From contig CM060732.1 in NCBI GenBank assembly GCA_030704615.1, positions 2,914,001-2,978,000 of the forward strand: 64,000 nt of DNA, read 5' to 3'. How positions within the stretch are numbered: position 1 is the first letter of the stretch; every line of letters starts with the position of its first letter. The notes under the pieces are model-generated. The model was not told where the DNA came from, searched no databases, and saw nothing but the letters and a program-made list of their open reading frames with translations. Source of the DNA: Takakia lepidozioides (lineage: Eukaryota > Plantae > Bryophyta). Shown here piece after piece: positions 50,201-61,244 of this stretch. The translations under genes were made by a program, and so were the position numbers.

Positions 50201-52337
50201 CTCCTTCCAAGCATACATGAGGAAATGGAGAGCCACGGTGTGACAATCTTGTTTCTTCAGAGAGTTCAGCAAGGATGCTGGCATCAGTCGAACAAATGAG
50301 CTTGACGAGCAAGAGAAAGGAGAGTAAGCCTGGAAACGATGCCTTTACAGGTGCGAAATGGACTGTGCTTCTTTGTTTTGCATAGACATCATCCAACCTG
50401 TTTTTGGCTGGCTCAAATGAGTTTGTGGTGGAGTGTACTGTGTCGCATACTCTTTTAGGGGGTCTTCGTGATGGGGTGGAAAAGCTGGGAGACAATATTT
50501 GCATTGCATAATGAGGTTGTCTATGTTCCTGCAGGTACATAAAGTATGTTCTCATGGCAGAGAACTGCTTGGACAAACATCCTGATTTCGTGGACCTTTG
50601 GTTTGTCCCTGCTGGCAACCAGACCATGTTTACTATGGGGATCTTGCATGACTGGGGCCCAGACCATCTTTCTGCTTGTGGTTGGTATTTGGATTGCCCT
50701 GCTTCGGAGACCCCAGCTCGGGAGGTGTCTTTGAGGAGAGAGAATGAGCGTTTAGCAGCTACCGCCGCAGCAGTCGACCTCGACATTCATGAGAAAATTT
50801 GAGGACTCTTGTAGAGAAGGAGCCTCTCGCTCAGGATACACCAAGTAAAGGTAGAAAGGCAAAGGGCTATGTTGCTGGTGGTGTGGGGAAAGGAAGGGGT
50901 AGGGGGAAGGGGGCACAAGGGCAGGTAGGTGGGCAGGAAGTGTTGCAGATACTGGCCCTCTGGTGGTTGTCCAGCAGACTCCACCGCATGGTAGGGGATC
51001 CGGGAGAAAGAACAAGTGGGTGGTTGATCCCAAGGACCCGTACCATGCAGTGGAGCATCCCACGAGGGTCATTCGCCCTACCAGGTTGGAGATGGCCAAC
51101 GTTGGGTTCCTTGCCATGATGGAGTCCAAGAAATCTGATTACAAGGGCGAACCATCACCAGTGTGGGAGAGGATTGTGGAGTTCCTCGGCACGGTGCGTG
51201 TTGTCTTTTGCTTCTTGTCTATTGTGTGCATGGATCGTTTCAATCCTCTTGAGCATTCCATTGCATGCTTGTTTGCAGGCTAAAATGACCAAATCCTGGG
51301 TGAACGGGAAGGAGAAGCCATATGCAGCCGAACTCATCATCTTGGACATCCCTGATGGGTTGCCAGTCCCGGATGTCCCTCCAACGGGTGCTTGTCCAGG
51401 TTGGAATGCTTTTGATGAGCGCTACTAGCGGTGGATTTTCTCCTTTTGCAATTTCTTTCTGTCCGATGCAGGTGTTTTGGTGCTCATCCGGTCCATCGAC
51501 CTTCGCTGTCGCCGTGCACTTGCCAGCTATTTGAAAGCCTCCGGTATGAGGGTCGTGAAGACATGAAATTGTGTGAACAACATGTACCTGACGAAGGGGG
51601 ATCATCCCGGAGAGATGGTAAATCTGCCTTCTTATTCCTCTTCTTGGTGGTTCTCGGATGGAGTTGCATAAGTCGCTCAAATAAATATGTAGGGGCCTGG
51701 TTTTCAAGCTTCTTAGTTCCTTGTGTATGTCCTGTTCGCAGACTCGTTTGTTTGAAGCTGTTTGTCTCGTCCGAGTGCATCCACCTACGACTCCAGCCGT
51801 CATTACGGAGTTTGCCATCACTCATGGGGGCAAGTTCATAGACGAGAGGACAGATCCTCCCACGGATGACATGCACCACAACTACGTGGACAACAACGTG
51901 TGCTTGCGAAGGGGGAATGGGGTTCCTTGGAGAGGGGCCAGGGAGAGGAGCCCGGCTTTCATTCAGACGATTATGGAGTGCTGCACCTACACAGACGCCA
52001 GAGTTCTGGATTTGTCAATGGGCACAGGTTCGTCTCTTCAACATTCACATTTTGTGAGGTTTGTTTGACCTTGCACTTTCAACTCTTCCCACCGTTCCAA
52101 ATGTGTCTTCAATGTCTGTTTCCTTCATTGTATTCCACTGCAGGTGCCTCCTACCACGCTTGCAAGGCCAGTGCGCGACATCTCTTTGGGATTGAAGGGG
52201 ATGCCGAGATTTACAAGAACCTCCTGATGGGTTTGGGTGGACACACTTCTCAAGTCCTTCCGAAGCCCCTACCTGCTAATATTGATACAGGGGAGACTTC
52301 CGACAAGGAGCTGGATGACGACTTTGCCTGTGAGTAA
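47262..52337 (+). pseudogene. Gene B: paralogous multi-exon ParB-like plus beta-class methyltransferase-like gene, with stops, frameshifts and a MULE insertion
   Basis: RLKIPLCRLVSMPVVRP, MFHVWDGNHRLLAW (core at 47710-47724), LIILDIPDG (~51335), PWRGARERSPAFIQTIMECCTYTDARVLDLSMGTG, intron 52029-52143, then ASYHACKASARHLFGIEGDAEIY. Colinear with gene A. Confidence 0.8.
48617..49907 (-). mobile_element. Complete non-autonomous MULE derivative, 1291 bp, 9-bp TSD CACATGTTC
   Basis: Ends GAGGTTTACTATTTCATGAGC and GCTCATGAAATAGCAGCCCCC; TSD at 48608-48616 and 49908-49916; removing it restores the reading DTHMFPRPEK in gene B. Confidence 0.93.
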
Positions 52338-53063
52338 GTTCAACCTGTGGATGCTTGCATTGTTGTTTCAATACCCATAATCACTATTCTTAAGGCAAAG
52401 TGCACATGGGAGATATCCTCTTCGTTGGACTTGTGCATTGCATCATTGTGTTCAAAATTGGTTTTCGTCCACTTGTGCAAGAGTCCGCATGCTTCCACTG
52501 ACCCTCCAGGGCTATCACACATTTTTGGACTTCTTTCAAGTCCTCCTCAGTCTTACATCCTACCTGTCTATGCAGAGGCACTCGCAGCAAGCATGTCCAT
52601 TCATGGCACTCGCAGTCCAACCATCGACGGCCGTGGTAGAAGATATGGTGTTGGGGCCGGAATATTTGTGGATGACATAGCACAGGAGGTCGATACTGAT
52701 TTTGATGACTGTAACACTTGATATGAAGTTTTCTTTTGCTTTCATTCGGGGCCAATTTTGAAATGGGATGGTTGTGTGTCCTTGTTGTCATGTTTGCAAT
52801 GTGTGCATGGGATGCAAATTCATGGGAACAAACTATCGTTGGAGATGGGGTTGCATGGACTGCCCAGATTGTTCCTTCAATCTATTTAGTGTTTTGCGGA
52901 GCTCACAGGCTTGTGTGCATTGCAAAAACAAACAAACGTCTTTGGTTCGGGTAGAGCATTCTCGCATCATTTGCTCGTTGGTCTCCAAACCATTCCTGCT
53001 AGAAGAATGCTTGGTAAATCCATCATGATAAAGTCCACGTGATCAAAGAGCGTTCATGCATTC

Positions 53064-53660
53064 TCAATTCTGGTGAGCATCCATGATGCTCCCGCACATA
53101 CCTGGCATGTTCGCAAGGGTGGTGAGTAAGAAAAGATTTCGCAGGGATCCGCTTTGGATGATGTGAGTGTGCACTTGCTCACGACGTAGGCACATTCCAA
53201 TGCAAGGGCTTGGTATGTTGATAACGTCTAAATGGATGCAATGGATAGAAATGATGGATACAATGGATGCAACACATCCAGTCTGCATTCCTTGGAAATG
53301 GCTGATCAACCCGCGGTAATAGGTGACACCCGCGGAAATAGGCCCTGTATGCATGCTGACGTGGTGTGAGCCTGTGCTGGGCTCACGGTTTCCTAGGCTC
53401 ATAGACTCACGCCTCTGGGCTCACAAAATAGCACCCCCCAAGCCTGGCAGCCCTGGAGAAGGACAAAGAGGTGCATGGGGATATCATCAAAACTGGAATT
53501 GTACCAAATGTCAATCTGAACACTGCCTAGGCAGCTCTGGAAAAAGGGAAAGAGGTCCATGGCGACATCTTCAGAGCTGGAATTGTACTAGATGTCATTC
53601 TAAACAATACCTTGGTGGACATGTTTGCAAAATATGGGTGCATCTAGGATGCAAAGCCTA
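53064..53660. pseudogene. PLS-type pentatricopeptide repeat (PPR) gene remnants in both orientations
   Basis: Minus strand EQVHTHIIQSG..NLFLLTTLANM..CGSIMDA (53064-53200); plus strand LEKDKEVHGDIIKTGIVPNV and LEKGKEVHGDIFRAGIVLDVILNNTLVDMFAKYG (53450-53655). Confidence 0.75.
53300..53439. mobile_element. Diverged MULE-type terminus (GGCTCACAAAATAGCACCCCCC)
   Basis: Resembles GGCTCATGAAATAGCAGCCCCC, with upstream GCTCA repeats and CCCGCGGAAATAGG (reverse complement of the CCTATT.CCG.GG subterminal motif). Confidence 0.55.
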
Positions 53661-53669
53661 GTTATCATT

Positions 53670-54858
53670 CCTGACGTGACGTGGCGCTGACACGTCGGCC
53701 GTCACGTCCGACGTACGTCACGTCACGTCGAATCCGGACGTTTACCCATGTAATTTTTTTTACATTTCACTTTTACGATTTACTTCTACCCTTTGTTATG
53801 ACATGGCAGCCACGGTGTAAAACAGACGTGGCCAATTATTAATATTTATTAATTTAAAAAAAAAATACGTCCGCCTATATTGGCAGTCGCATATAATTTA
53901 TTATTATAAAAATAAAAGCGACTGTCCATATTGGCGGTCGTTTGTAATTTAATATTTTGTTAAATTAAGCGACCGCCTATATTGGGCGGTCGCCGGTAAT
54001 TTATTTATTTATAAATGAAGCGACCGCCCATATTGGCGGTCACTTGTATTGTATTATATTCTAAAATAAGCGACCGCCTATATTGGCGGTCGATTGAAGT
54101 TTATTATGTTTTAAATGAAGCGACCGCCCAGATTGGCGGTAGCTCGCACTTTATTATATTATATTATTATATCTTTGATATATTCTATAAAAATATAGCG
54201 ACCGCCATGTGGCAGTCGCTATATATATTTTTTAAATTTAGCGACCGCCATTTAGCAGCAGTCGCTTATTTTTATTTTTATTCTTAAATAAAGCGACCGC
54301 CGTTTGGTGGTCGCTTCTTCAGTTAATTTTTTAAAAATGCAGCGACTGCCATTTGGCGGCCGTCGCTATTTTTGTTAATAAAGAATACAACGACCACCAT
54401 TTGGAGGCAATCGCTCGATTTGATTTTGATTCCTAAATTAAGCGACCGCCGTTTGGCGGTCGCTTACTTAATATATTTTTAAAAATGAAGCGACCGCCAT
54501 TTAGCGGCGGTTGCTTATTTAATATTTTTTTTTAAAAAAACAGCGTTTTCGATGTGGCGGTCGCTCTTCTTGTTTTTATAAATATAGCGACCGCCATGCG
54601 GTGGTCGCGTGTTTTTTTTCTTAGAAATCCAGGGACCCGCCGTGTGGCGTTTTGTTTTTAATTTTTTAATCATGAAGCGGCATCTAGCCAGCCAGGTGGC
54701 GAGGTGCCACGGGTCAGGAAAAACGAAACAAATGGGATGGGGGGAGGTGGTTTTGAACCCTTGACCTCTCCCATGTGGTGCGTGTGGCGAGGTGCGACTG
54801 GCCAGTCGCGCCGCGCTGACACGTGGCGAGGCGCCACTGGCCTGTCGCATCTTTTCAA
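53670..54858. repeat. AT-rich array of AGCGACCGCC-N-GGCGGTCGCT hairpins, probably the subterminal region of an unclassified DNA element
   Basis: About 15 copies separated by A/T tracts at 53850-54660, bounded by GC-rich ACGT-containing segments. Confidence 0.8.
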
Positions 54859-55033
54859 TGTCGTGCGCATACATATCGCTATACTACATCGCTGTCCAAA
54901 ACCACACAACACATGTGCACACCACACACTAGTATACCACTAGTCCACCACTAGTCCAATCACTAGTCCAACCACTAGGCTGTCACTAGTCAGTCGCTAG
55001 GCTGCCCACTATGGCAGTCACTAATCCACCACA
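54859..55033 (-). repeat. Solo-like LTR of the PHD-Gypsy family
   Basis: Reverse-complement homolog of 2974-3179; no TSD found. Confidence 0.8.
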
Positions 55034-55351
55034 ATGATAAAGAAGAAGAAATCAAGCACAAGCACAAAGCTGAAGCATAAACTCATGCATATATAACCTC
55101 ATCACTCAAATACAAGTCAAGCCAAGTGCACCCCACGCCATGGGGAATCCACACTACGGCGCCATAGCTAGGCGCAGTGCGGCTCAACTCGAGAAAGATG
55201 CGCCTCCCGCGCTTGCCGTGAAGATAACCACTCCAGGGCCTAAATCTGCCTTGACCCCTGGATTGACACTTGGGCCAATCCCAAATATCAATATGTAAAA
55301 GCTAGCTATTTCCTAGCTAGTTTCACACTAGTGGTGAAATAACTTGACAGC

Positions 55352-55719
55352 TGTCGTGCGCATACATATCGCTACACAACTACATCGCTGTCCAAAACCA
55401 CACAACACATATGCACACCATACACTAGTATACCACTAGTCCAACCACTAGTCCAACCACTAGGCTGCCACTAGTCAGTCGCTAGGCTGCCCACTATGGC
55501 AGTCACTAGTCCACTACAATCGCCCCCCTAGCTGGTGCTTAGGTCCCTCTAAGTCCAAGTAGCCACAAGATGTGATAGTGACCGTAGCCTCACTAAGTCC
55601 TCCACCACTGTCCCTACTACACTCAAACTCGATAGATCAAGAGGCCGGGTGCAAGAGTTGCCCCATCGTTAGTCGCCGTCTTGCAACCTATGAACTTGAA
55701 CCTGGGATCTCGTGTATTG
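55352..55719 (-). mobile_element. PHD-Gypsy 3' UTR, PPT and 3' LTR (LTR 55352-55518)
   Basis: Reverse complement matches 2773-3179. Confidence 0.9.
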
Positions 55720-56767
55720 ACGTGCCCGGGCTCCCCGCAATTGAAACACACTCCATCAAAGGTCGCCTTCTGTCCGCCATAAGCCGCTCCACCCGCTTTT
55801 CCTTTCGGAGCACCGGGTGCCGCCTTGACGTGTGAAGGCCCTCCCTTCGATTTCCACCATTTTCGCCGCGTGGCCTATCCCACTTCTTTTCCGGTCGGAA
55901 GGAGTCACCTTCCCGCCGAATCTTCTTGTGGTTCAGCTCCGTACGGCCTTGTCTTTCACCCCTAGGGACATCCGAGAAACATTCAGCCCTCTCAATTGCC
56001 TCGTTCAAAGTCTTGGGTGGCTTCTCCTCCAACTTCCACCTGGCCCATGGGGCCAGTCCCGCCACAAAGTTGAAGACCATTTCTGGTTCTGCCATGTCCG
56101 CGACTTCGAGCAACAGCACATTGAAAGCCTGGACATACCCCCGAATGTCATCTGTTTGCTTCAAATTCCTCATCTTGTCCCGGGCAAGCCATGACGCGTT
56201 GAGGGGCACAAACTGTCTCTTCAACAATTCCTTGAACCCACTCCAGTTCAAGGTTCTGGGACTTGGACCTCAGTCGTGAAGGCGTTTCTGCCACCATTGT
56301 TGAGCATAGCCCCTCAAATAGGTGGGAGCCACTTCCACGCGATCCTCGTCACTCAACTTGGCCGCCCGGAAGTACTGCTCCAGCTCCAAGAGCCAGGTGT
56401 TGAGTGCCTTCCGATTTCGGACGCCCTCGAAGGTGCCGGGTTCCTTAGACTTCACCTTAAACTTAGCCTTAGTGGAAGTGGCATTAGCCGCCTTCAACAC
56501 GTCTTTCAACGTCCCGCCAAACTGCGCCAACAACCCTTCCCAAAAGGCTGCCGGCATGGGAGGCATCTCTTGGTTTGTCGGAGCTCTCAAGGATTCCTCG
56601 GGCTCCGACTCCTCGGATTCCTCCCGCTCTTGGGCGGCCTCGTTTTCGGAAACATGCATCGCTTCCTCAAACGGCCGCCTCGGTGACACGCCGCCCCCAT
56701 CGGGCTCACCGGGATCATCATCTTTTGGGCCATTCCGCTTTCGCTTCGGCTTGCCCGACCCCATGAT
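55720..56767 (-). pseudogene. Ty3/Gypsy gag (chromovirus-like), truncated within the zinc knuckle
   Basis: EPGTFEG..WLLELEQYF..TYLRGYAQQWW, LKQTDDIRGYVQAF..FNFVAGL; CFNCGEPGH is cut at the inversion breakpoint. Confidence 0.9.
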
Positions 56768-56806
56768 GAGGCCAATTCCCAAGGACGATCGCGTACTGGA
56801 CTCTAA

Positions 56807-56818
56807 GCTCTGATACCA
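56807..56818 (-). promoter_or_regulatory. PBS TGGTATCAGAGC (initiator Met tRNA)
   Basis: Canonical sequence, 2 nt inside the LTR end at 56821. Confidence 0.92.
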
Positions 56819-56820
56819 AG

Positions 56821-57547
56821 TGTCGCGCACCTCACTTCGGTAAACTCCCCTTCAAGTCATAGTTACTCGCTTTGATGCGCGCGCCTGACTCCCAACCTGG
56901 CCGCCGGGCCAACTTGGAGCTTCGGCTGCTCACCGGGACATAACGGTCCCCCTTTGCTTCCCTCTAAAAACCCTCCACCTAATTGGGACTAGGAGAATTC
57001 CCTTTGGTAGATGGCAGTCCGGAACAGCTCCCCACTCTTTGGTCGCTTTCCGGCTCGCTCGCTTACTCACTAGTTTTTGGTCACCAACGGGCTTGCACCG
57101 TTCTCGGGGTTACTACTCCCTATATATACTTCTGTAGCTGTCCGCGGGGGTTTCACAACCAGCCATGCCATTTTATGGTGAACCACCACGAAGACCCTCG
57201 ATTCCCGGTGGTGAGTCGCGGTGAGTCTTGGCCCGCTCACCACGGCCCCTATGGACCGTGATGAGTCCCAAGACTCCCCACGACTCCCACCACGAGGTCT
57301 CCACCCCCATGGTGAGTCCTATGCCACCCCCACTAAGTCCCACTAAGCTACCACCACCCCTTGTGGAGCCACCCCCACCGCAACCCGGTGTGCGGGGCTC
57401 CACCTAGTGAGCGCCTCCGCCTCCTTGAGTGCTTTGGGCACTCAAGGGTGCTTCAGCCCCCGTACCTATTACTGCCACTGCCCCCACCACAGGGGCAGCC
57501 CCTCTTGTGTCCCGACCTCCCTGCCCTCAAGGCAAAGGGCCGCGACA
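56821..57547 (-). repeat. 5' LTR (~727 bp, TGTCGCG...CGCGACA)
   Basis: Terminal inverted 7-mer, adjacent PBS, inverted homolog at 59347-60072. Confidence 0.9.
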
Positions 57548-59018
57548 CTTAGCCATTTTCGGCCCCGAACTGGAAAAATGGCGGCGAAAAAAAAAAAGAA
57601 AAAAAAGAAAAACGCCATTTTTCCAGTTCGGGGCCCGGAAAATGGTTAAGTCCCTACGATGGCTGGAACCGCAACTGCAAATTCGGCACCATTTTTCCAG
57701 TTCCGCGCCCTATCAGATCTGGGACTTAGCCATTTTCGGGCCCGAACTGGAAAAATGGCGCCATTTTTCCAGTTCGGGGCCGAAAATGGTTAAGTCCCTA
57801 GGGTGGCTGGCACCAGAATCGGAAATTCGGCGCCATTTTTCCAGTTCCGGGCCCAGTCAGATCTGGGACTTAGCCATTTTCGGCCCCGAACTGGAAAAAT
57901 GGCACCGAAAAAAAAAAAACAAAAAAAAACAAAAAAACAAAAACAAAAAAAAACGTTTTTTTCCAGTTCGGGACCGAAAATGGCTAAGTCCCAGATCTGA
58001 CTGGCACCAAAATCGGAAATTCGGCGCCATTTTTCCAGTTCCGGGCCCAGTCAGATCTGGGACTTAGCCATTTTCAGCCCCAAAATGGAAAAATGGCTAA
58101 GTCCGTAGGATGGCTGGAACCGCAACCGGAAATTCGGCGCCATTTTTCTAGTTCCGCGCCCTGTCAGTTATGGGACTTAGCCATTTTCGGGCCCAACCTA
58201 GGAAAATGGTGGCGAAAATGGTTTATGAGTGAGTGGTCGCATTGTAAGTTGCCTCCTGATTTTGTGAGGCACCTCCCCTCGCTCTTTTATTTCATTGAAA
58301 GACCGTTTCTGCTTCTGCTGGTATTGACATTCTTCAAGTGGATTTGTTCTTATTGTAGGAGGGACGTCTACACCGCAGTTCATGGGCAGGAGGAACGTGC
58401 ATTTTTTTGCCAGGGGGGATTTCATGCCTAGTCCAGAAAGGGACTACATCCTTCCTACTTATGTTGCCCGGCTTGCTTCGGTGTCCATTAGGAGGTGTTC
58501 CGAACCTAGTCGTGTACAACAGATTTTAGACGAGGCAAGCCTCAAGAAAATGAAGATGAGGGAGGAGGCATCAGCTATTAGAGCCCGTCAGGCTCGTAGA
58601 TTTGTCTTGGATTCAGCTGAGGAAAGTGGGGGAGAAGATGCAGAAGATTCCCAGGAGGTGAGGTGGACAGTCCCCCAAGAGGACAGGATTTTTGAGAGGC
58701 ATAGTGGAACTGATGCATCACAGAGCTCGAAGGATGAGGGGGATGAGGGGGATGAGGAAGAAGGTGGGGCAAGTTCCTCGGAGGGTGTAGGAGAGTAGTG
58801 CCCATTCCGGCTATGACAGTTAGAATACACTTGTATAGACGTGGCTTGCCACAAAATTTGCAATAAAATGTTGCATTTCAAGTCCACTTGTGCCACATTC
58901 CAACTTCACATGACCCTATTTCCGTGCCTCCTAACCCTATTTCCGTGGACTCACAATGGTCTGCTCATGCTTTTTTTTTTTCCGCTCATGCTCATGCCGC
59001 TCATGAAATAGCAGCCCC
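57548..59018. mobile_element. Truncated MULE-family element: palindromic array (GAACTGGAAAAATGGCGCCATTTTTCCAGTTC, GGGACTTAGCCATTTT) at 57548-58220 and a terminus ending TCATGAAATAGCAGCCCC
   Basis: Terminus 58911-59018 matches those at 41155 and 49907; the other end is not visible. Confidence 0.65.
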
Positions 59019-59346
59019 TGCCAAAAGCGGCATCAGGAGCGATCGCAAGCAATGTTGTTGCAGTAAGGCGATTCGATCTTCGGGGAGGATCATTCCTTGA
59101 CCTTGAAGAAGGCCAAGAAGAGTGCACTGGGAGGAGCTTGAGAGGCTCCACCCCTAGCCGGGACTTGGAGGAAGTCGGCCGAACTAGCTAGTGGAGAGTA
59201 GAGTCAAGTGTGGGGTTTGGTTCTTTGCCATGGGACGCCATGGTACGGAAACAAACTCCTTGATGTGGGACGCCACAACTTGGATGTTTGTTTCTACAAA
59301 ATGGACAAGTCAATGAGGACATCGACTCCCTGTTGGTAGGGGTGTG

Positions 59347-60072
59347 TGTCGCGGCCCTTTGCCTTGAGGGCAGGGGGTCGAGACACATGAGGGGCTGCCC
59401 CTGTGGTGGGGGCAGCGGCAACGATAGGTATGGGGGGGCTGAAGCACCCTTGAGTGCCCAAGGCACTCAGGGAAGCGGAGGCGCTCACTAGGTGGAGCCC
59501 CGCACACCGGGTTGCGGTGGGGGTGGCTCCACAAGGGGTGGTGGTAGCTTAGCGGGACTTAGTGGGGGTGGCATAGGACTCACCATGGGGGCGGAGACCT
59601 CGTGGTGGAGTCGTGGGGTCTTGGGACTCATCACGGTCCATAGGGGCCGTGGTGAGTGGGCCAAGACTCACCGCGACTCATCACCGGGAGTCGAGGGTTT
59701 TCGTGGTGGTTCGCCATAAAATGGCATGGCTGGTTGTGAAACCCCCGCGGACAGCTACAAAAGTTTATGTAGGGAGTAGTAACCCCGAGAACGGTGCAAG
59801 CCCGTTGGTGACCAAAAACTAGTGAGTAAGCGAGCGAGCCGGAAAGCGACCAAAGAGTGGGGAGCTGTTTCGGACTGCCAACTACCAAAGGGAATTCCCG
59901 CTGGTTCCAAATCGGTGGAGGGTTCTTTGGGAGAACAAAGGGGGACCGTTATGCCCCGGTGAGCAGTCGAAGCTCCAAGTTGGCCCGGCGGCCAGGTTGG
60001 GAGTCAGGCGCGCGCATCAAAGCGAGTAACTATGACTTGAGGGGGGAGCTTACCGAAGTGAGGTGCGCGACA
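59347..60072 (+). repeat. Second LTR of the chromovirus-like family, isolated, without TSD
   Basis: Reverse complement of 56821-57547; flanks GTGTG and GAGAT differ. Confidence 0.88.
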
Positions 60073-61194
60073 GAGATGGCATGCATCTGCCTTTTTGTGT
60101 ATCTTGGCATCGGGAGGTCAGGTTGGACCTACAACAGGGATGACTGTAGACGGAGTGTCTGAGGACCCTGAGGCTAGTGATGAGCGAGGTGGTACCCGAG
60201 ATATACATGAGGATTCGGCTGTGTTGGACTACCTCCGTACTGGAGACACGGCAGCCACTGTGACTGCCAAGGAGAGGGATCGGATCCTGCAACAAGCCAA
60301 GAGGTTCAAGTGGGAGGGGATACATCTGCTCCGAATATAGGAGGATGGTCGGGGGAGGATTATGCCTCACCCCACATAGCGTGCACGGTTAGTGCGGCAT
60401 GCCCATGAGGAGTTGGGGCATTTTGGAGTGCGATGCACTCACAGTTTACTGCAGGGGCAGTATTGGTGGCGTGGTATGCATACAAAGGTGCAACAGTTTG
60501 TGGCTAGGTGCATGGTGTGTGACAGGGTGCGTGCTTCATTCAACGCCCCTACACCACAGTTGCATCCTTTACCAATCATGGGATTGGGCTACAGGTGGAG
60601 TCTTGACTTCGCAGGACCGTTGCCACTTGTAGGGACACTGCTCAAGTCCTTAACCTTGATGATCCGGATGTGTGGGTATGTGCATGTGATCGGCGTGCAG
60701 AGTTGTTCAAGAAAGTCATGCCCATGGCTTTTGAGAACCTTGCTATTACACAGCACCGTGATACGTTGAGGTATGCCACTATACGTGGTGGAGGATATCG
60801 TCCTGGGGTTCGGAGGTTTAGCCCTGGTGACTATGTTTATTTGCAGCAGACTGCTCCTATGACCCTGGATGTTACTGCAGGGCGTGTTATTCTGAGGGTT
60901 CGAGAGGTGTTGCCCTCAGGGGTCCTGATCTGGGAGGGTCGGGATGGCATGACTTGGAAGGACCATGTGCGTAATTGTGCACCATGTCAACTTCCCAATG
61001 TCGATGGCAGAGTCGACCCAAACTTGGCAGTGGTGCCTGCAGGTTTGAGGTGCATGCTCTGTGGGTCTGCCAAAGGGGCAGCCACCATGCTGGTGTGTGA
61101 TCGATGCTCAAGAGGTTGGCACATGAGATGTTTGACACCACCTCTTGAGAAGGTTCCTGATGGAGATTGGTTGTGTCCACACTGCTTGGGATAG
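60073..61194 (+). pseudogene. PHD-Gypsy integrase, second copy: HHCC finger, internally deleted core, intact PHD finger
   Basis: HEELGHFG..CMVC; about 470 bp of core is missing at ~60628 relative to the first copy; CMLC..CDRC..WHMRC..WLCPHC (C4HC3). Confidence 0.9.
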
Positions 61195-61244
61195 TGGCAG
61201 TGGACATGACTAGAGGCAGCTAACAAGACATAGGAGGCCAATAC

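Noticed and set aside
41238-52337. Bacterial contamination as the source of the ParB-MTase genes
   Set aside because: The genes have GT-AG introns at corresponding positions and are interrupted by a eukaryotic MULE with a TSD.
58382-58798. Acidic 138-aa ORF
   Set aside because: Low complexity with no motif; probably an internal fragment of the truncated element.
56821-60072. Inverted LTR pair read as a DIRS-like or TIR element
   Set aside because: These are ordinary TG...CA LTRs with a Met PBS and Gypsy gag; no tyrosine recombinase or enclosing TSD is present.
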